A stretch of 64,000 bases of DNA, taken from the human T2T-CHM13v2.0 reference genome, Homo sapiens. Below are positions 13,930 through 27,601 of this stretch, piece after piece (positions within the stretch are counted from its first letter, which is position 1; each line of letters starts with the position of its first letter). The translations under genes and the position numbers were made by a program. The stretch is taken from assembly GCF_009914755.1 (NCBI RefSeq), contig NC_060928.1; one strand, 5' to 3'. The notes under the pieces were generated by a model, which did not search any database, had not been told where the DNA came from, and was given only the letters and a program-made list of their open reading frames with translations.

Positions 13930-16140
13930 TGAACAATAGAGGCCAGAAGGTATAGAGTAACATATTTCTAGGACTGTGAGAAAATATCTGTGAAATTCAA
14001 ATTGTGTGCACCAAAATGTTAATTGAAGGGATATGTAGCATGTTAAGACAAATTATAATTTTATTCTATTATTCAGAAGCAAAATTTAAAGAGTTTGATT
14101 ATTTTTATTTATTTGTTTATTTTTCTTCAACTTGTACTTTAAGTTCCGGGGTACATGTGCAGGATGTGTAGGTATGTTACATAGGTAAACGTGTGCCATG
14201 ATTATTTTTTAACTTTGTTAATTGTACACGGATAATTTTGAGAGAAGCTACTGAAACAAAAAAAAATTAAAAAAAGAAACCATATAACTTCCAAACAAGT
14301 AGAGGTAGAAATAAGATTAGAGAAAAAATAATTCAAAAGAATAAAGAAATAATGGAGAAAGAGGAAGACGATGGAGACGAGTTGAATAAAATAAGAACAA
14401 ATAGAAAGTATAAAATAAAATGGTAGAAATAAATTCAAATGTATATGTTTTTGAAAAATATTTAAAAGGATTTAATTTTACCACCTAAAATATAGACTAT
14501 TACATCAAAAAATACAATAAAAGTATTTTAGAGTAAAATACCTGTAACATAAAAACAGACTAAAAGTTCAAGACTGTTATGATACTTGCAAAATACTAAT
14601 CAAAGATAAATTATGTTAGCCATATTAACATCAGGTAAAATAAGAACACACACAATTTCGATGGAAAAGCAGGTCATATAGTGATATATATATATATGTA
14701 TATTTCAACTCACTAGAAAGCTATGATCATTCTAAAATTGTAGGCTACTAGACACAGACATTACTACACCTTTCACCAAACTTAACAAAAATGAATCACA
14801 GATCTAAATGTAAAACGTAAAACTATAAAACTCCTAGAAGATAACATAGGAGAAAATCTAAATGACCTTGAGTATGGTGACATTTTTTGGATATGACACC
14901 AAAGGCATGATCCCTGAAAGAAATAATTAATAAGCTAGACTTCTTTAGAATTAAAAGTTTCTGTCCTATTAAAAATACTGTCAAGAGATGAACAGACAAA
15001 CTATGGAATGGGAAAAATATATTTTCAAAAAATATATAGCTGATACAAGACTATTATACAAAATGTACAAAGAATTCCTAAAGCTCAAGAATAAGAAAAC
15101 AAATAACTTGATGAAAAATGGGCCAAAGACCTTAACATACACCTCACCAAATAGGATATACAGATGGGAAACAGGCATAGGAAAAGATATTAGTCATCAT
15201 GGAAATGCATATACCACTACACAGATATTAGAATGGCAACACCTAATGCTTAAGAGGATGAAAAGCAATAAGAACTTGAGTTCATTGCTGGTGGAAATGC
15301 AAAATTGTACAGACATTTTGGAAGACAATTCGTTATAAAACTAGAAATATGCTTACCACGTGATCCAGAAATCTAGCTCTTTATTTACCCAAGGTAGTTG
15401 AAAATATTTCCTCTCAAAAACCTGTACACAGGTATTTATTGCGACTTTATTCGTAGTTGACAAAACTTGCAGGCAAACAACATGTCCTTCAGTAGGTGAA
15501 TTAATAAATTATGGTACATCCAGACAATGGAATATTATTCAATGCTTAAAAGAAATCAGCTAACAAGCCATTAAAAATGTAGAAAACTTAAATGTATATT
15601 AATAAGTGAAAGAAGTCAATCTGAAAAGGCTATATACTCTATGATTCCAACTATATAATATTCTGGAAAAGGCAAAACTATGGAGATGGTAAAAATGTCA
15701 GTAATTGCCAAGGGCTAAGGGGAAGGGAGGGATGAAGGGGCAGAACACAGAGGATTTTTAGGGCAATAAAACCATGCCATATGATACTATAGTGAAAGGT
15801 CTCTGCTGCTAAAATAAGAGAAGAAAACAAATCATAATGCATATAAATTGGAATGAAAAAATAAAATTTTATCATTGGAAGATGCTATCATTGGAAAGCT
15901 AAAAAGATGACACTGACCAATTATTAGATGACTAAGATGCTTCGGCAAGTTTGTTGTCTAAAGAACAACATACCAAAAAGAAATTGTATTTTCACACTAT
16001 CAACAAAACATAGATTATGTTTAAAATATTGATAATCTACAAAATTATTAAAATAAAAATAAATATAACATCATGTGAAATATGGAGAAAATATGAAACT
16101 GTAAAGATACTAAGAAGATCTAAATTAATGAGTGAATTTC
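13930..16140 (+). mobile_element. Cluster of old L1M fragments including an L1MC-type ORF2 3' part (about 14750-15795)
   Basis: aaactataaaactcctagaagataacataggagaaaatcta..., ggtacatccagacaatggaatattattc. ORF 14988..15338 is a degenerate ORF2 C-terminus. Confidence 0.75.
14107..14200 (-). mobile_element. About 95-bp 5'-truncated L1PA 3' end
   Basis: tactttaagttccggggtacatgtgcaggatgtg...gtgtgccatg, flanked by 11-bp TSD tgattattttt (14096-14106 / 14199-14209). Confidence 0.85.
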
Positions 16141-16799
16141 TATTATCAAGGTAACATGAATACTGGTAATAAAATGAATTTCCAATTATTCATTATTATT
16201 TCCATCTTTTCCTTTATATGAGTCTTTTGTCAGTTTGTTTAGATAAGTCATCGCAATTTTGATTAATATCATTACAGTAATCTTCTAATTTTCCCAATAT
16301 AACCAGGTATGTTAACTTATAAGCCATAGTAACTAAACTTATCTTTGAAAAAAGTGAATCTGGCCATGATCAAATTTCTTAAAATTATTTAAGGAACCTC
16401 CATAACTTTTAGTTGAAGTTATAAAACCTCATATTTACATAAATATGGTACTTCTTAAAGGTCATGGTTAAGATTTTTTTAAATGTAAGATGCTTTCCAC
16501 TTTCTTTGACAGAGTATCTCACATGTTTTTTTTCGCTTTGAAAAATTAGAACCCCCAGACCATACTAATGTGTAGGATTCATAAGGTTAGTAATTTTTGG
16601 TTTAAATTGTTCAATAAATTATGCGTAATTCTATGCTTGTTAAAAATGATCTAACAGACAAATGCTAGTTTCTATTATTGATAAATTTTATCTCCCTATG
16701 GAAGGTAAAGAAATGGAAGGAATGAAAGATAAATTTATCTTTCTCAGTTTTCATGCAGTAGTCTTGTGGGAGACCCTGTGTAAAACACGGCATGCTCTG

Positions 16800-16866
16800 T
16801 CTCTTTGTCTCTCTCTCTCACCCTCTCTCCCTCACACACACACACCACACACACACACACACACAC
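16800..16866. repeat. (CT)n-(CA)n compound microsatellite
   Basis: Directly visible. Confidence 0.85.
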
Positions 16867-18495
16867 AAATTCTTTACAATTATTTTAAAAATAGATTCCT
16901 CTTTTAGAATGTAATATTTTATATATATTATTTTAACCTAGCTATTGTTCTGATTCTAGTAATTCTCCCCACATCTTCTTAGTCCCTGTCTTTCCACATA
17001 CAAAGCAGAGTTTAACTGTTTAGAACACATTAATTTTTTAAAATTCTAAATTAAAATACTCTTCTCATTCTCTTTCTAGAGGCAAAAGGGGTGTCAGTGT
17101 ACAATATGCACTCTGTCTCTTACAGCTGAAATAAATAACATATCAGAATTCCTGAGATATGTAATGTTTGAACAACACAAGTGAACATTTAATATGTAGT
17201 CTCACAGTTCATTTTGATGCATTCATTTGTAAGCTCCCCAAAGAAAAACAAGTCATGTGCTCTGCATTTTTTTGTTCTTTTAACAATGACTAATAAAGCG
17301 ATAAAAATATAGACACCATGTTCATTAACTGATTGATGGAAAGAAGTGAAAATCAAAAATAGAAAAATATGCGTTAGAGAAAAATTCCTGACAATGATTC
17401 CTTCAGAATTCTCTTTATTTACATAGCTTTAATTTTGGTAAATATTGCTATTTTGGATAAAATATTATGAAATTATATCATACATATTTTATTCCTGTTT
17501 TTATTTCTTAGCAGTAACATTAGTTTTTGATTTACTTTCTTTGGATTCCGCATAGGCAATAAATATCACAAGATATTGCCTGAAGTTACTTTACTTTGTG
17601 TGTGTACTTGTGCACACACACACACGTATTAATCTTTTATGATCATTGAATTTATGGAACATGTTGCACACTTTATAGTTATCAAGTTATCAACTGGAGA
17701 GTGCCTATTTAAAATTACGTAGCAGTAGGTTATTAGTTTGCTGAATTAATTAATATCACAATTAAAATGATTATATACCATTCATTGCAACACAGTAGGA
17801 CAATTACTTTGAGCAATCACTTACAATCTTAACCTTAAATATCTATTCCTTATATTCTCATTTTACCTTTAGAAGCATCATGTGGCTGTACTTAGAATGA
17901 TATCAGAGTAACTGTCTTATTATTTGTCTTAGTTGATTGTGAGATACTCAAAGCAAAACTATCTCATTTTTTAGTAGAGATCAGGATCATGCCAAGCTCA
18001 ATGACTCAACCACTAATTCTGCTAATTCCAGTCAATTAAAATTCCTTCATCTTAAATTAGAGCTCTTGATGATTTTTCTAACTTTAGAATAGTTGAGATT
18101 TAAAAAGGACTTAAATATTAAAATCATAGATTACTGTATTTATCAATAAAAGTCCCTTCACATCATTTGTATATCAAATGTTTTACATTAAATGTACATT
18201 TCAGATAAAACCATTTGAACACTTCCATTCCAACTGAGTGATGTAAATGGACAATACTGAATATTTTAATGCCTACAGTGTTATTTTTCTTCTAAGTCTA
18301 AGAATTGTAAGTGCAGTGCCATTGTTTTCTGAATCAAAATACTGGTGACATAGCCTAAAACCTACTCACATACATATGAGGGAAAGAAAAAAAATATCTG
18401 AAATGAAAGCTATTATGGGAAATTTTGAGTGTGTGGTTATTATAGCTCATAGCATTGTTTTCTTTACTGTGGATGCTGTGTTTATAGCGCAGCTA

Positions 18496-19289
18496 TGTTG
18501 GGATTCACTCAGGATGGTGGCAGAAATATTAAGGGGAAATATGAGGGAAAGTTATAGGGAACAGTCACAAACATTTTGGAGGGCCAAAAGGTTACATAGC
18601 TTGTAATAATTGAACAGGCTGAAGGTAGCCGGTTCTTACCTTAAAGCATTAGGTCATAGGGTAAATACTAGGGACAATAGAGGCTCCCTCAGTTAAGTCT
18701 GTTTACCCTACCTCCATTAACTAACCTTTGAGCCAGATGGCCCTCTGGGGGGAGGTCTACTAGGCATATTGCCCCCTAATGGTATTTACCTTAGACCGCG
18801 GACACCTGAGCTTTAATCGCTCTTAGAAATACTCTCTTAACCATTACTTATCCACAAGTGTGTTGACTTCAAAGCTTCTGTTGTTAATTGTATACTAAAT
18901 AAATGCCTGAATTGTGAACTGCTCAGGTTCGGCCGCAGTGACAAACCTCTCTTGGTGTGTAGGCGGCCGGACACTAAACAGGACTGGCAAAGCAGAACAT
19001 CTGTGTGTCAGTGTATGTTTTATTCATCCGTCGTTTGGGTCAGGGTCTGCGGGCAGACTCCCGCAGCTGATGCCCTCAAGTGTGAGGAGTGCCACCTCAA
19101 CTGGTGCCCCGTGTGAGGAACCATGTGAGGAACCGTGTGAGGAACGTTAGGGGTCTGCAGAAACAGACTCCCCGCAGATAGAGCCCCTCGTGGGGCAAGC
19201 TGCGAAGGAAGTGTGAAGAGCAATACCTCAACCGGTGCCCCTTGTGAGGACCGCCGTGTGAGGAAAGCCGTGTGAAGAGCCGTACTTCA
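18496..19289 (+). mobile_element. LTR22-family (HERV-K HML-5) solo LTR with extended PBS-containing 3' end
   Basis: tgttgggattcactcaggatggtgg start, LTR22-type end gggtctgcgggcagactcccgca at 19065, tRNA-Met PBS at 19102-19119, terminal CA at 19289, 6-bp TSD cagcta / cagcaa. Confidence 0.85.
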
Positions 19290-19453
19290 CAGCAATAATG
19301 TAGAATGTGATTCATATTTTGTTCACAGTTGAAAGACGATTGTATTTTCTATCAATTTTAAGTGTTTGATGTCCCACTGTGGAATTGTACAAAAAAAAGT
19401 CTGAAATCTAGCATATTTTAAGCCAAAAAAATAACATATTGGTATATTCAAAA

Positions 19454-21008
19454 TGATGGCAGCCAGGGCCATCTGGAGCAGCTGCTGCCATCACTTTGGC
19501 CACTGCAGGGAGGTCATGGGAAGGAGGTGGCCAGCCATCCCACAGCCCACAGCCCTTGGGGCCGCTTCAATGGGGCTGGGCTGGGCTGACCTCTGATGGG
19601 GGAGCAGTGCAGTCAGGAAGAGAGGGGCCCGAAGGCGGAGCTGGGCCTGGGGCTGTGCGGCACTTGCACATGGACCACGGGGGCGAAGCCTGGGGTGTGG
19701 AGCTGGGGCCATGCTTCTGGGACCAGGGGTGGGAACTGGGAGCAGTGACTGCTTACGGGACATGGCCAGTGGCGCAGCAACTGCACCCACCCTTCCAAGG
19801 GTGCCTGGTTCCTGTGCCTGTAGAGGAGGCTCTGTGTGGAGTCACATCCCTGGGTTCTGCCCTGCCATGGGTGACTGCTGAGCCTGACACCCCCGATGGC
19901 TGGGCCCAGGGCCTGCAGCCCACGATCTGCTCCATCCTGGGCCACCTGGGAGCACCCGGGAAATAGGGGAAGCTCTTGGCAATGTTGCCCATGCCCCGAA
20001 TGCAGGCCCTGCTCCAGTGAGGATATGGAGCTCCCGGCCCAGGCTGCACAGGGGCACAGCCAGAATGCATGCTCTGTGGAGCCAGTAGGAGCTGGGAGCA
20101 GGCCGCAGCCCTGCCCTTCCAGTCAGGGTTGTAGAACCGGGCCTCTGTGTGCTCTTATGGGTCCAGGAAGGCACCATCCTTCCCTTGCTGGCTCAGAAGT
20201 GCCTGCTCCTACTGGCTGGCCTCTCTGCACTCCCAGTGCCCACTCTGATCTTGAAGCAGAGTTGGGGCCAAGCCCAGTCACTGTCACAGCCTGGCTGGGT
20301 GTATGCACCCTCAGGCCCTGCCACCTTGGGCAGGTGTGTGTCTTGGGGGGTGAAGGGGAACCAGATTGGTGGGACAGAGGGTTGCTTGGTGCTGGCCTGC
20401 AGATGCCCCTTGGCACAAGCAGCCTGGATGCCATGGACAGCAGCAGGAAACAGATTGGCTCCTGGGTGGAAGGGGACCAGTCCCCAGTGAGGCCCAACTT
20501 CAAGCCAACAGAGCTGGGCTGGTAGTTGCTCAAACTAAAGTAGGGACTTGTGGTGCCTTTTCCAGGCCTGCCCATGGCTGCCCATGGATCAGTCAATGCA
20601 CACTTTCTCCCCCACTGAGGCCCATAAAACCCCCAGGCTCAGCCAGAGCAGAGGAGAGGATGGAGAGAGGATGGGATGACCAGCTGCAGAGAGAGAAGCT
20701 AAGCTCTCTGCTGATAGCTGAAACTTGTTGGGATGCTTGCCTGCAGAGAAGAGCTACCTTCTCTGCTAGGAGCTGAACACTTGTCGGGACAACTTGGCTA
20801 CAAAGAGAAGCTTCCCACTGTGGGTCTTCTCTGAGCTGTTCTATTGCTCAATAAAGCTCCTCTTCATCTTGCTCATTCTCCATTTGTCTGCATACCTCAT
20901 TCTTCCTGGTTACAGGACAGTAACTCAGGACCCACTGAATGGCAAGGCTAAAAGAAGTGCTGTAACACAAACAGGGCTGAAACATGCCCCTTGCTTGCCA
21001 CATTGTGG
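19454..21008 (+). mobile_element. MER52-family LTR, GC-rich, apparently 3'-truncated
   Basis: Starts tgatggcagcc...ctggagcagctgctgccatcac. TATA-like cataaaa near 20625, AATAAA near 20850, gctgtaacacaaacagggctgaaacatgcccc. Confidence 0.85.
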
Positions 21009-23712
21009 ATAGCTTTCCCATTTCAAAATACGTATTTTTTTTTAACCTAGGAAGAATAAATTTCCTGTTTGCATGTTTCACTTGATTAGAGGAACACAGT
21101 TAAAAAAATCTAAAATAATGAGAAAATTTGTTGGAAGTAATTGTATTTCTAAGGCAGGCAGGAAGTAATTACATTTCTAAGCCAGGCAGGCAACTATGTA
21201 ATATTCTAAGCTATGAACAGAGAAAGTCTGAATAATTTTTAGAATTTCATACTTAACATACAGTAGAAGTTTTAGAATTGATGCAAAGCAGCACTTTCAA
21301 AATAGGTAGGACATTTGATTTTACATTGGAGAATGCACTGAGAAGCGTTGCTCTAAGGATGGAAAAGGTGTAATCAAGGAGACGTAAAAAGGTAATTAAG
21401 AAGAACAAAAAGGCAATGAACCTTGCCTTAGGAAATAAGGAAAAGATTTACCCCCTCTGGCTTAAAAGACAAAGTCTTTATACCTCAACAGGGATATATT
21501 CCTTTTCCTTTTGGAACAACCTGAGTACAGATTTTTTTTTCTCCCTGGGAACTCAATCTCTTTAATCAGCTTACATTAATTCTCCTTTTTATGAGGGATT
21601 AATGATAAATCATTCACTCACTACTTTATATGTAACTGAATAATGTGAGAACATTATTGTAAGGCCACCATAGCGCTAACAGGTATTATTTTCCTGAATT
21701 TGCTATGCCAAAAACAATAATGGAAATGTCAAACTACCGAGAAGAATATTTGGCCTAACCTTATGTCAGATACAGGATATTAAATCAAGAATTCTTCACA
21801 TACATACAGAGGCAATCTTCACAGAAATCATGTATTGAACCCTGGTATAATTAGAGAGTCAAGTCGTATGTAAAATATGTAAAATATGAGAGAGGCACAG
21901 GATTCACAACCATGAATGTGATCACTTAAACTGGATTTTATTTTATATCATTTTTGAAGGGTCAATTTTGCTTTCTTTTTCTGGGATGACTAACTCCCTG
22001 CACCCTGACTTCCTTTTCTCCCCAACTATGATGGGAAGCATAATTATTGCAAAGCAACAAGAACATCCTAAATGCATGCCTTGGTTTTGTGGATTTGTGG
22101 CAAAATGATTACTCCCTAATCCCTCTCACCTCTCTATGTTCCATTCTGAAGAGACTGTATAGTTGTGTGGCTGTTTTTCCACACTCAGGGAATACTGGGT
22201 CATGAGGTAAAAAGAGGCTGCCTGGATCCTTGCCCAAAGTCTTTGTAGTGAGAGCAGCTTTTGGGCCAAAGAGACAAAAGAAACCAAACCCAATAAGCAA
22301 AGCTAAATGCTAATCTCTATTGTAAGAAAAATTATTTTTATATATCTGGGAAATTTCCTCATCCCTGAAACCAGCGATTCTCCAAATAAGTAGGGAGTCT
22401 CTTTCTTGAGAGTATGTAGTATGGGAAGAGCCTAGAAGTGCTGGAAGTAAAGATTATTTTTATTTTTAGCTGAAAGAGTTCTATGCACATATTCAGTGGA
22501 AGGCAGAGAGGATTTTGCCATGTACAGAATATCTATTGACCAAATGACATCTTTGTGATACTCCTGGTATGATACTAATAATAGTTACATTCCCTTTCTT
22601 TTTTCTACTTATTTTATGTCACATATTTTGTGCCTATGATTTATTATTCTTTTTTAACAGTAGCTTTTTTCTTAATCTCTCACCAAACCTAGAATACTCT
22701 TTATTCATTGGGCGCTAAATACAATAAAATCTTGTATAGTCTTCAGGTTTACATCCATGGAGTGAAAGCAATTCAGACACAAAACAGTGAGTGGGTCCTG
22801 AAATAGATGACGCTTGAATGACCAGATAAAATAATAATAAGATTGACCTGGGGGCAAAAAGCTGCCACATATAGTCATTATGGACAAGTCAATAGAACAC
22901 AAGTAATGTAGTGTACAGTCCTATTCAAATTCTGAGGGGCAAAGCCATGGATCAGAATTATCTGTTAGAAGCCAAAGCTGAGCCACACACTAAAAGAAAG
23001 GCATGGATGGGAAGCATGCAAACCAAAAACAAGTAGGGATAATAAAAATATCTAATAGCAGGTGCAAGCAAGTAGGCAAGAATGTTGACTCCTTCAGTTG
23101 TGTGGTACTAACATATGAGAAGCTTTCCATAATTTCTAAAGTTATAAATCAGTTAGTACGTTGGAGTGAGGCACTGAATATGGTCAAGCTTTCTAAAGGA
23201 ATTAAATATTTCAGGGTATAGATGAAGTTAAGCTAGTTAGCACTTGATAATCACATGGAATTATCTGATCATTGATCTAATTTTAGGTCACTGTCAGACT
23301 TAAGAGAAATTTGTCTTTTTAATATAAAAATTTCACCATGGGAAGTGCAGAGTTCTTGGGTTATAGCCAATATAATGCTAATGAAATTTAGAAGGTATCA
23401 GGATTCATTCTTTGCAGTAAGGTCTTTGCTATGAAAAGTCCCCTTTATACAATTTAGGAACTATTTGGTTTCTATAGTAACTATATGATTAGCTTTGGGA
23501 ATATCTAATGTCTACATTCCCCAGAATATGAGTGACAGCTTAGTGTTCATGGACTATTATTTTCTCTTTTTCCACATTATAGATTCAGACCCTGTCATCT
23601 ACTTCTCTGGGCTCAGAGTAGAATAGTAGAATATTCCTAGTCAGGAAGCCAAATAAAACGCACATTAAAAGATAGATTTCTGCTGTGTCAATCAAGAACA
23701 TTCTTCAGCAAG

Positions 23713-23762
23713 TGCTAAGGTTTGAATATGTCCCTCAGAGTTCATGTGTTGGAAACTTAATC
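23713..23762 (+). mobile_element. MST-type MaLR LTR 5' fragment
   Basis: tgctaaggtttgaatatgtccctcagagttcatgtgttggaaacttaatc. Confidence 0.55.
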
Positions 23763-24019
23763 TTTTTAATACTTTAAAGTTAATATTTTAAAAGTACAGC
23801 ATATTCATTTCTGTATCCCCAGGGGTGAGAGCCAGCTGAACCCTGTGCTCAGCTAACCAAATACCCAGTAACTAGCAGATGTGTTTCACTTTAGGGCTTT
23901 CTAAGCCCTAAAGATGTCCTTTACCAAGGTTTAGAACCCTCTTAAATGCTACCATAAGTAGTTTTCTTTCACTAGGCTTTATTTTAGGCTATAATTACCA
24001 TCACTTGCTTAAAATTGTT

Positions 24020-24341
24020 CTTTATTTATTTTCATTTTATTGTATAATATTTTAGAGATACGGTCTTACTGTGCCACCCAAGCTGGAGTACAGTGGTGTA
24101 ATCACCTCTCGCTGTGGCCTCAAACTCCTGGGCTCAAACAATCCTTTCACTTCAGCCTCTTGAGTATCTAAGATGACAAGTGCACACAACCACCCTCAGC
24201 TAATTCTGTTTTTTTGATTTATTGTAGAGATAGGGCCTTGCTATGTTACCCAATCTGGTTTCAAACTCCTGCTGTCAAGCAATCCCCCTGCCTCCGCCAT
24301 GAAAAGTGCTGGGATTACAGGTGTCAGCACCACACCCAGCC
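24020..24341 (-). mobile_element. AluJ
   Basis: Diverged dimer with the J-type aactcctgggctcaa motif. Confidence 0.85.
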
Positions 24342-24344
24342 TGG

Positions 24345-24725
24345 GTTTTTTTTTAATAAAATTTTAAGATAATTGTAGGTTTACATGAAGTTTTAAAAAT
24401 TACACAAAATCACAAATGCTCTTTACCCAGTTTTCTCCAGTGGTAACATGTTGCAAAACTGTAGTACAATATCAAAACCAGAATATGTATACAGTTAATA
24501 TGTGACTATTTCTATCACTACAGTATCCCTCAGGTTGCTCCTTTATAATTATATCTACTTCCCTTCTAACCTTTTCATAAATTCTGGCAACCAGTAATTG
24601 GTTCTCCATTTCAAGAATGTTATATAAATAAAATCATACAGTATTTTACCTTTTGAGATTAGCTTTTTTTTTCATTCAGGGTAATTCCGTTGATATCCAT
24701 TCAAGTTGTTTTGTGTATCAATAAT
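24345..24725 (-). mobile_element. L1MC-type 3' end fragment
   Basis: tttacccagttttctccagtggtaacatgttgcaaaactgtagtacaatatc. Confidence 0.75.
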
Positions 24726-25610
24726 TTTTAGTCCTCAATAGTGAATCTTGGATAGAAGGATTTGTATCTCAACTAGTGCTATTTAATGCCAGAGGGAGCA
24801 ATGATATATAGCAGAAGCACCCTGATGTGGGCTGGAAGCCAAATGAAGAAGAGAAGAGGTCTGACTGAAATGTGATTCATTGTATATGGAGACCCTGACA
24901 GAGGTGATTCAAATCTGATTCAAATGTTGTGAACAAAAAGGTAGTCATTGATGGGAATATCTTGAACAAATATCACCAGACACAGCAGTTGAATTTTACA
25001 ATAGCTTCAATATGTGTCATGAAGAACACAAATGATTAGATTACCCTAACTTTCCTTGCTTTAGATGCTACAGAATTAGTTGTGTTGGCTCATTCTTTTA
25101 ACATTTAATGTATCTGAACTAGCCATAAAGGGGAAATGAGATAGTTTGACATCATCAGCTTGATTATATTTCCTATGTCAGTCATGATATCTTAAGATAT
25201 AAAACAACACCAGATTAAGTTAAAGAGTTAATTTGAGTTTATTTAATGTAAGTTCTGTCTAGGTGGTAATCTAAATGCCAGAGACAACAACCTTCAGAAA
25301 CCTAGGTTCTAAGACCATGAGAGACTGAGTAAAAAGTAATGGGAAACTTTTAGTCACTAAAAGGTAGTTTAATGTGGAACCTTTGAAAATAATATGTTGG
25401 CAGTAAAGAATTGAAGAGAAAACTAGTTGATAAATGTTCCTGAAAGGCAGATAACAAGTAAAGAATTATCTGTGATTTACAGGATTGTTCTTTAAAGTAT
25501 CATACATACACTCCAAAGAGTACCTAGGTTCATAAAATGTGGTTCAAGAAGAAAATGTTAATTGATTTTTCTATAAATACATGTGCATAGATATATATTT
25601 TATTCATGTA

Positions 25611-25910
25611 CAAATACTTCTCTACTTATGATGAGGCTACATCCTGATATACCCATCATAAATAAAAAATATTGTAAGTTGAAAATGCACTGAATTCTGG
25701 CAAAGAGCAGATAGTCCCCAATTTACAATGGTTTGACTTACAATTTTTCAATTTTATTATGATGCAGAATGTGTTATTCATTCAATAGCAACTGCAATTC
25801 CATTGTAATTTTTAAAGAACTCTAAACTTACAATGGGACCATATCATGATAAACCCATCGTAAAGTGGAAAAATCGTTAAGTCAAACCCTCATAACTTGG
25901 GGACCATCTG
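25611..25910. mobile_element. Tigger5/MER47-type TcMar transposon
   Basis: TA|caaatacttctctacttatgatg...aaacccatcgtaaagt...ggggaccatctg, with an internal TIR copy at 25708. Confidence 0.75.
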
Positions 25911-25913
25911 TTT

Positions 25914-25945
<32 letters not shown>

Positions 25946-26078
25946 GCATACAGACAGTCCCCAGTTTATATGATTATATGTAATTATACATATATGTAAT
26001 GATTATATATAATTATGCATATATAGTGATTATATATAATTATACATATATAGTGATAATATATAATGATATGTAATG
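25914..26078. repeat. (CA)n followed by an AT-rich tandem repeat of about 27 bp
   Basis: Unit tgattatatataattatacatatatag, about 3-4 copies at 25971-26078. Confidence 0.8.
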
Positions 26079-27500
26079 ACAAAAATAAGAAAGAAATTGA
26101 TATTTATTCCAATACAATTTGCACATTCACACTAGAATCCTCATTTGTTCCCTATGTCAGATGATTATGAAGTATGTGCAGTAGTACCACCAATATTCTA
26201 AAAAAAGGGAGTTCCAAGAAGACAGAAGAATTGACAGTGGCATTTTCAACTGTTTTGTCTTGTTTTACTTTCAGCCACTGAAGTGGGTGACTGTTTGCAG
26301 AAAATTGGTTATCATATATATAACTAATTTTATAAACACAATGCTCTAAAGGAAGAACAAATTTTACCTTTTAAAAAGATGAAGATAAATCATACAAATA
26401 TTTAAGCACAAAAGTTTTGCCATTTTTAAAATGTATCCTTAAAAATGTCCTTTCAAATTGCTCTTTACGATAAAAACTGCTTGTCAGTTTTATGATTTCA
26501 GAGAAATTTAATATTAACAATGAATAGGATAATAAGGACTTCCTAAAACATAACTCAAAAGTGAACTAAGGAGAAGGACTTTTGAAAATTTTGGAAATTG
26601 ATGGTGAAAATAATGTAAATGTATTATTTAAAAATACTAATATAAATGCATTTCCAAAAACTGGAAAACAACATAGTTATTTAACTCATTTAGAAATGTT
26701 CATGGACTTTCAGTAGGTTTTGATCTTCCTTGTTAGAAACAAAAAAAAAAAACGCAACATGAATGATATGTTGCATAAAGACAGAACAAAGATAGAAAGG
26801 AATTTACCATATTTCAGCAAAAACCTTTTCTGAAAAGGCAAATAAGTTTTAGTAGGCATAGGAAAATTTGCAATTCTTTCATTTATGCCTTTTTTTATTT
26901 TTATATTCACTGCAACAAAGTGCTGAAATAATTTGAATTTAGAACCATAATTCCAAATCAAGGTGTCAAACCAAGATTTTTTAAATTAATAAAGACATTT
27001 TAATCACATTTTTCTCATTCTAAAGTATAACAATTAAAATATTTTAGTGAGAATAAATGTACTTTTTATAGTTAATAAAAATATATTCTAGATTATTCTT
27101 TTTTTATGTTCTTTTTATTTTTATTTATGTGCATTCCGCAATATGATTAATATATTCATACAACATACATATGTGTAATTTCCAAGAAATGAATGTGTGT
27201 ATATTTTTGGAGAGTACTCAAAACTTTTTATTGCAATGGTGAATAATTCAGAAGATTGGGAGATTGCTAGATTAGAGCAGTAAACAGTCCCATAGAAGAT
27301 ATGAGATCTGCTATTTTCATGTCAGGAAGGATTTTCAGCTGTCTTTGTAAATGTAGTCACATCTGAATTAGCTATAAATTAGAAGATCTGATTAACCTGC
27401 AATGGCAGATATATGAGAACATAAAAGAGACAGGATACCTACTAAGGGTTTAGGGGAATAAGAGTGAGAAACTGAGACTCTTAACCCATTATGAAGAAAG

Positions 27501-27601
27501 GCCAGGCGCAGTGGCAAAATTATCATGCCTGTGAATAGCCACTGCACTCCAGCTTGGGCAACATAGTGAGACCTTGTCTCTTAAAAAAATAAAATAAAAA
27601 A
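27501..27601 (+). mobile_element. FAM/7SL-type monomer with internal deletion
   Basis: ggccaggcgcagtggc joined to cctgtgaatagccactgcactccagc (7SL/FAM diagnostic), then an A tail. Confidence 0.7.

Noticed and set aside
19102-19119. tRNA-Met match as a possible tRNA gene
   Set aside because: Only 18 nt including the CCA complement, with no cloverleaf. It is a retroviral PBS.
19491-20776. Dense cluster of overlapping 100-200 aa ORFs
   Set aside because: All lie in the GC-rich MER52 LTR, where stops are scarce on both strands. No protein motifs or exon structure.
22705-22902. ORF containing SYYYF like SULT exon 4
   Set aside because: Flanking residues, exon size and splice sites do not match. 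Probably chance.
26380-27270. Possible hAT-Charlie remnant
   Set aside because: Only a weak terminal resemblance in AT-rich DNA, not supportable without alignment.
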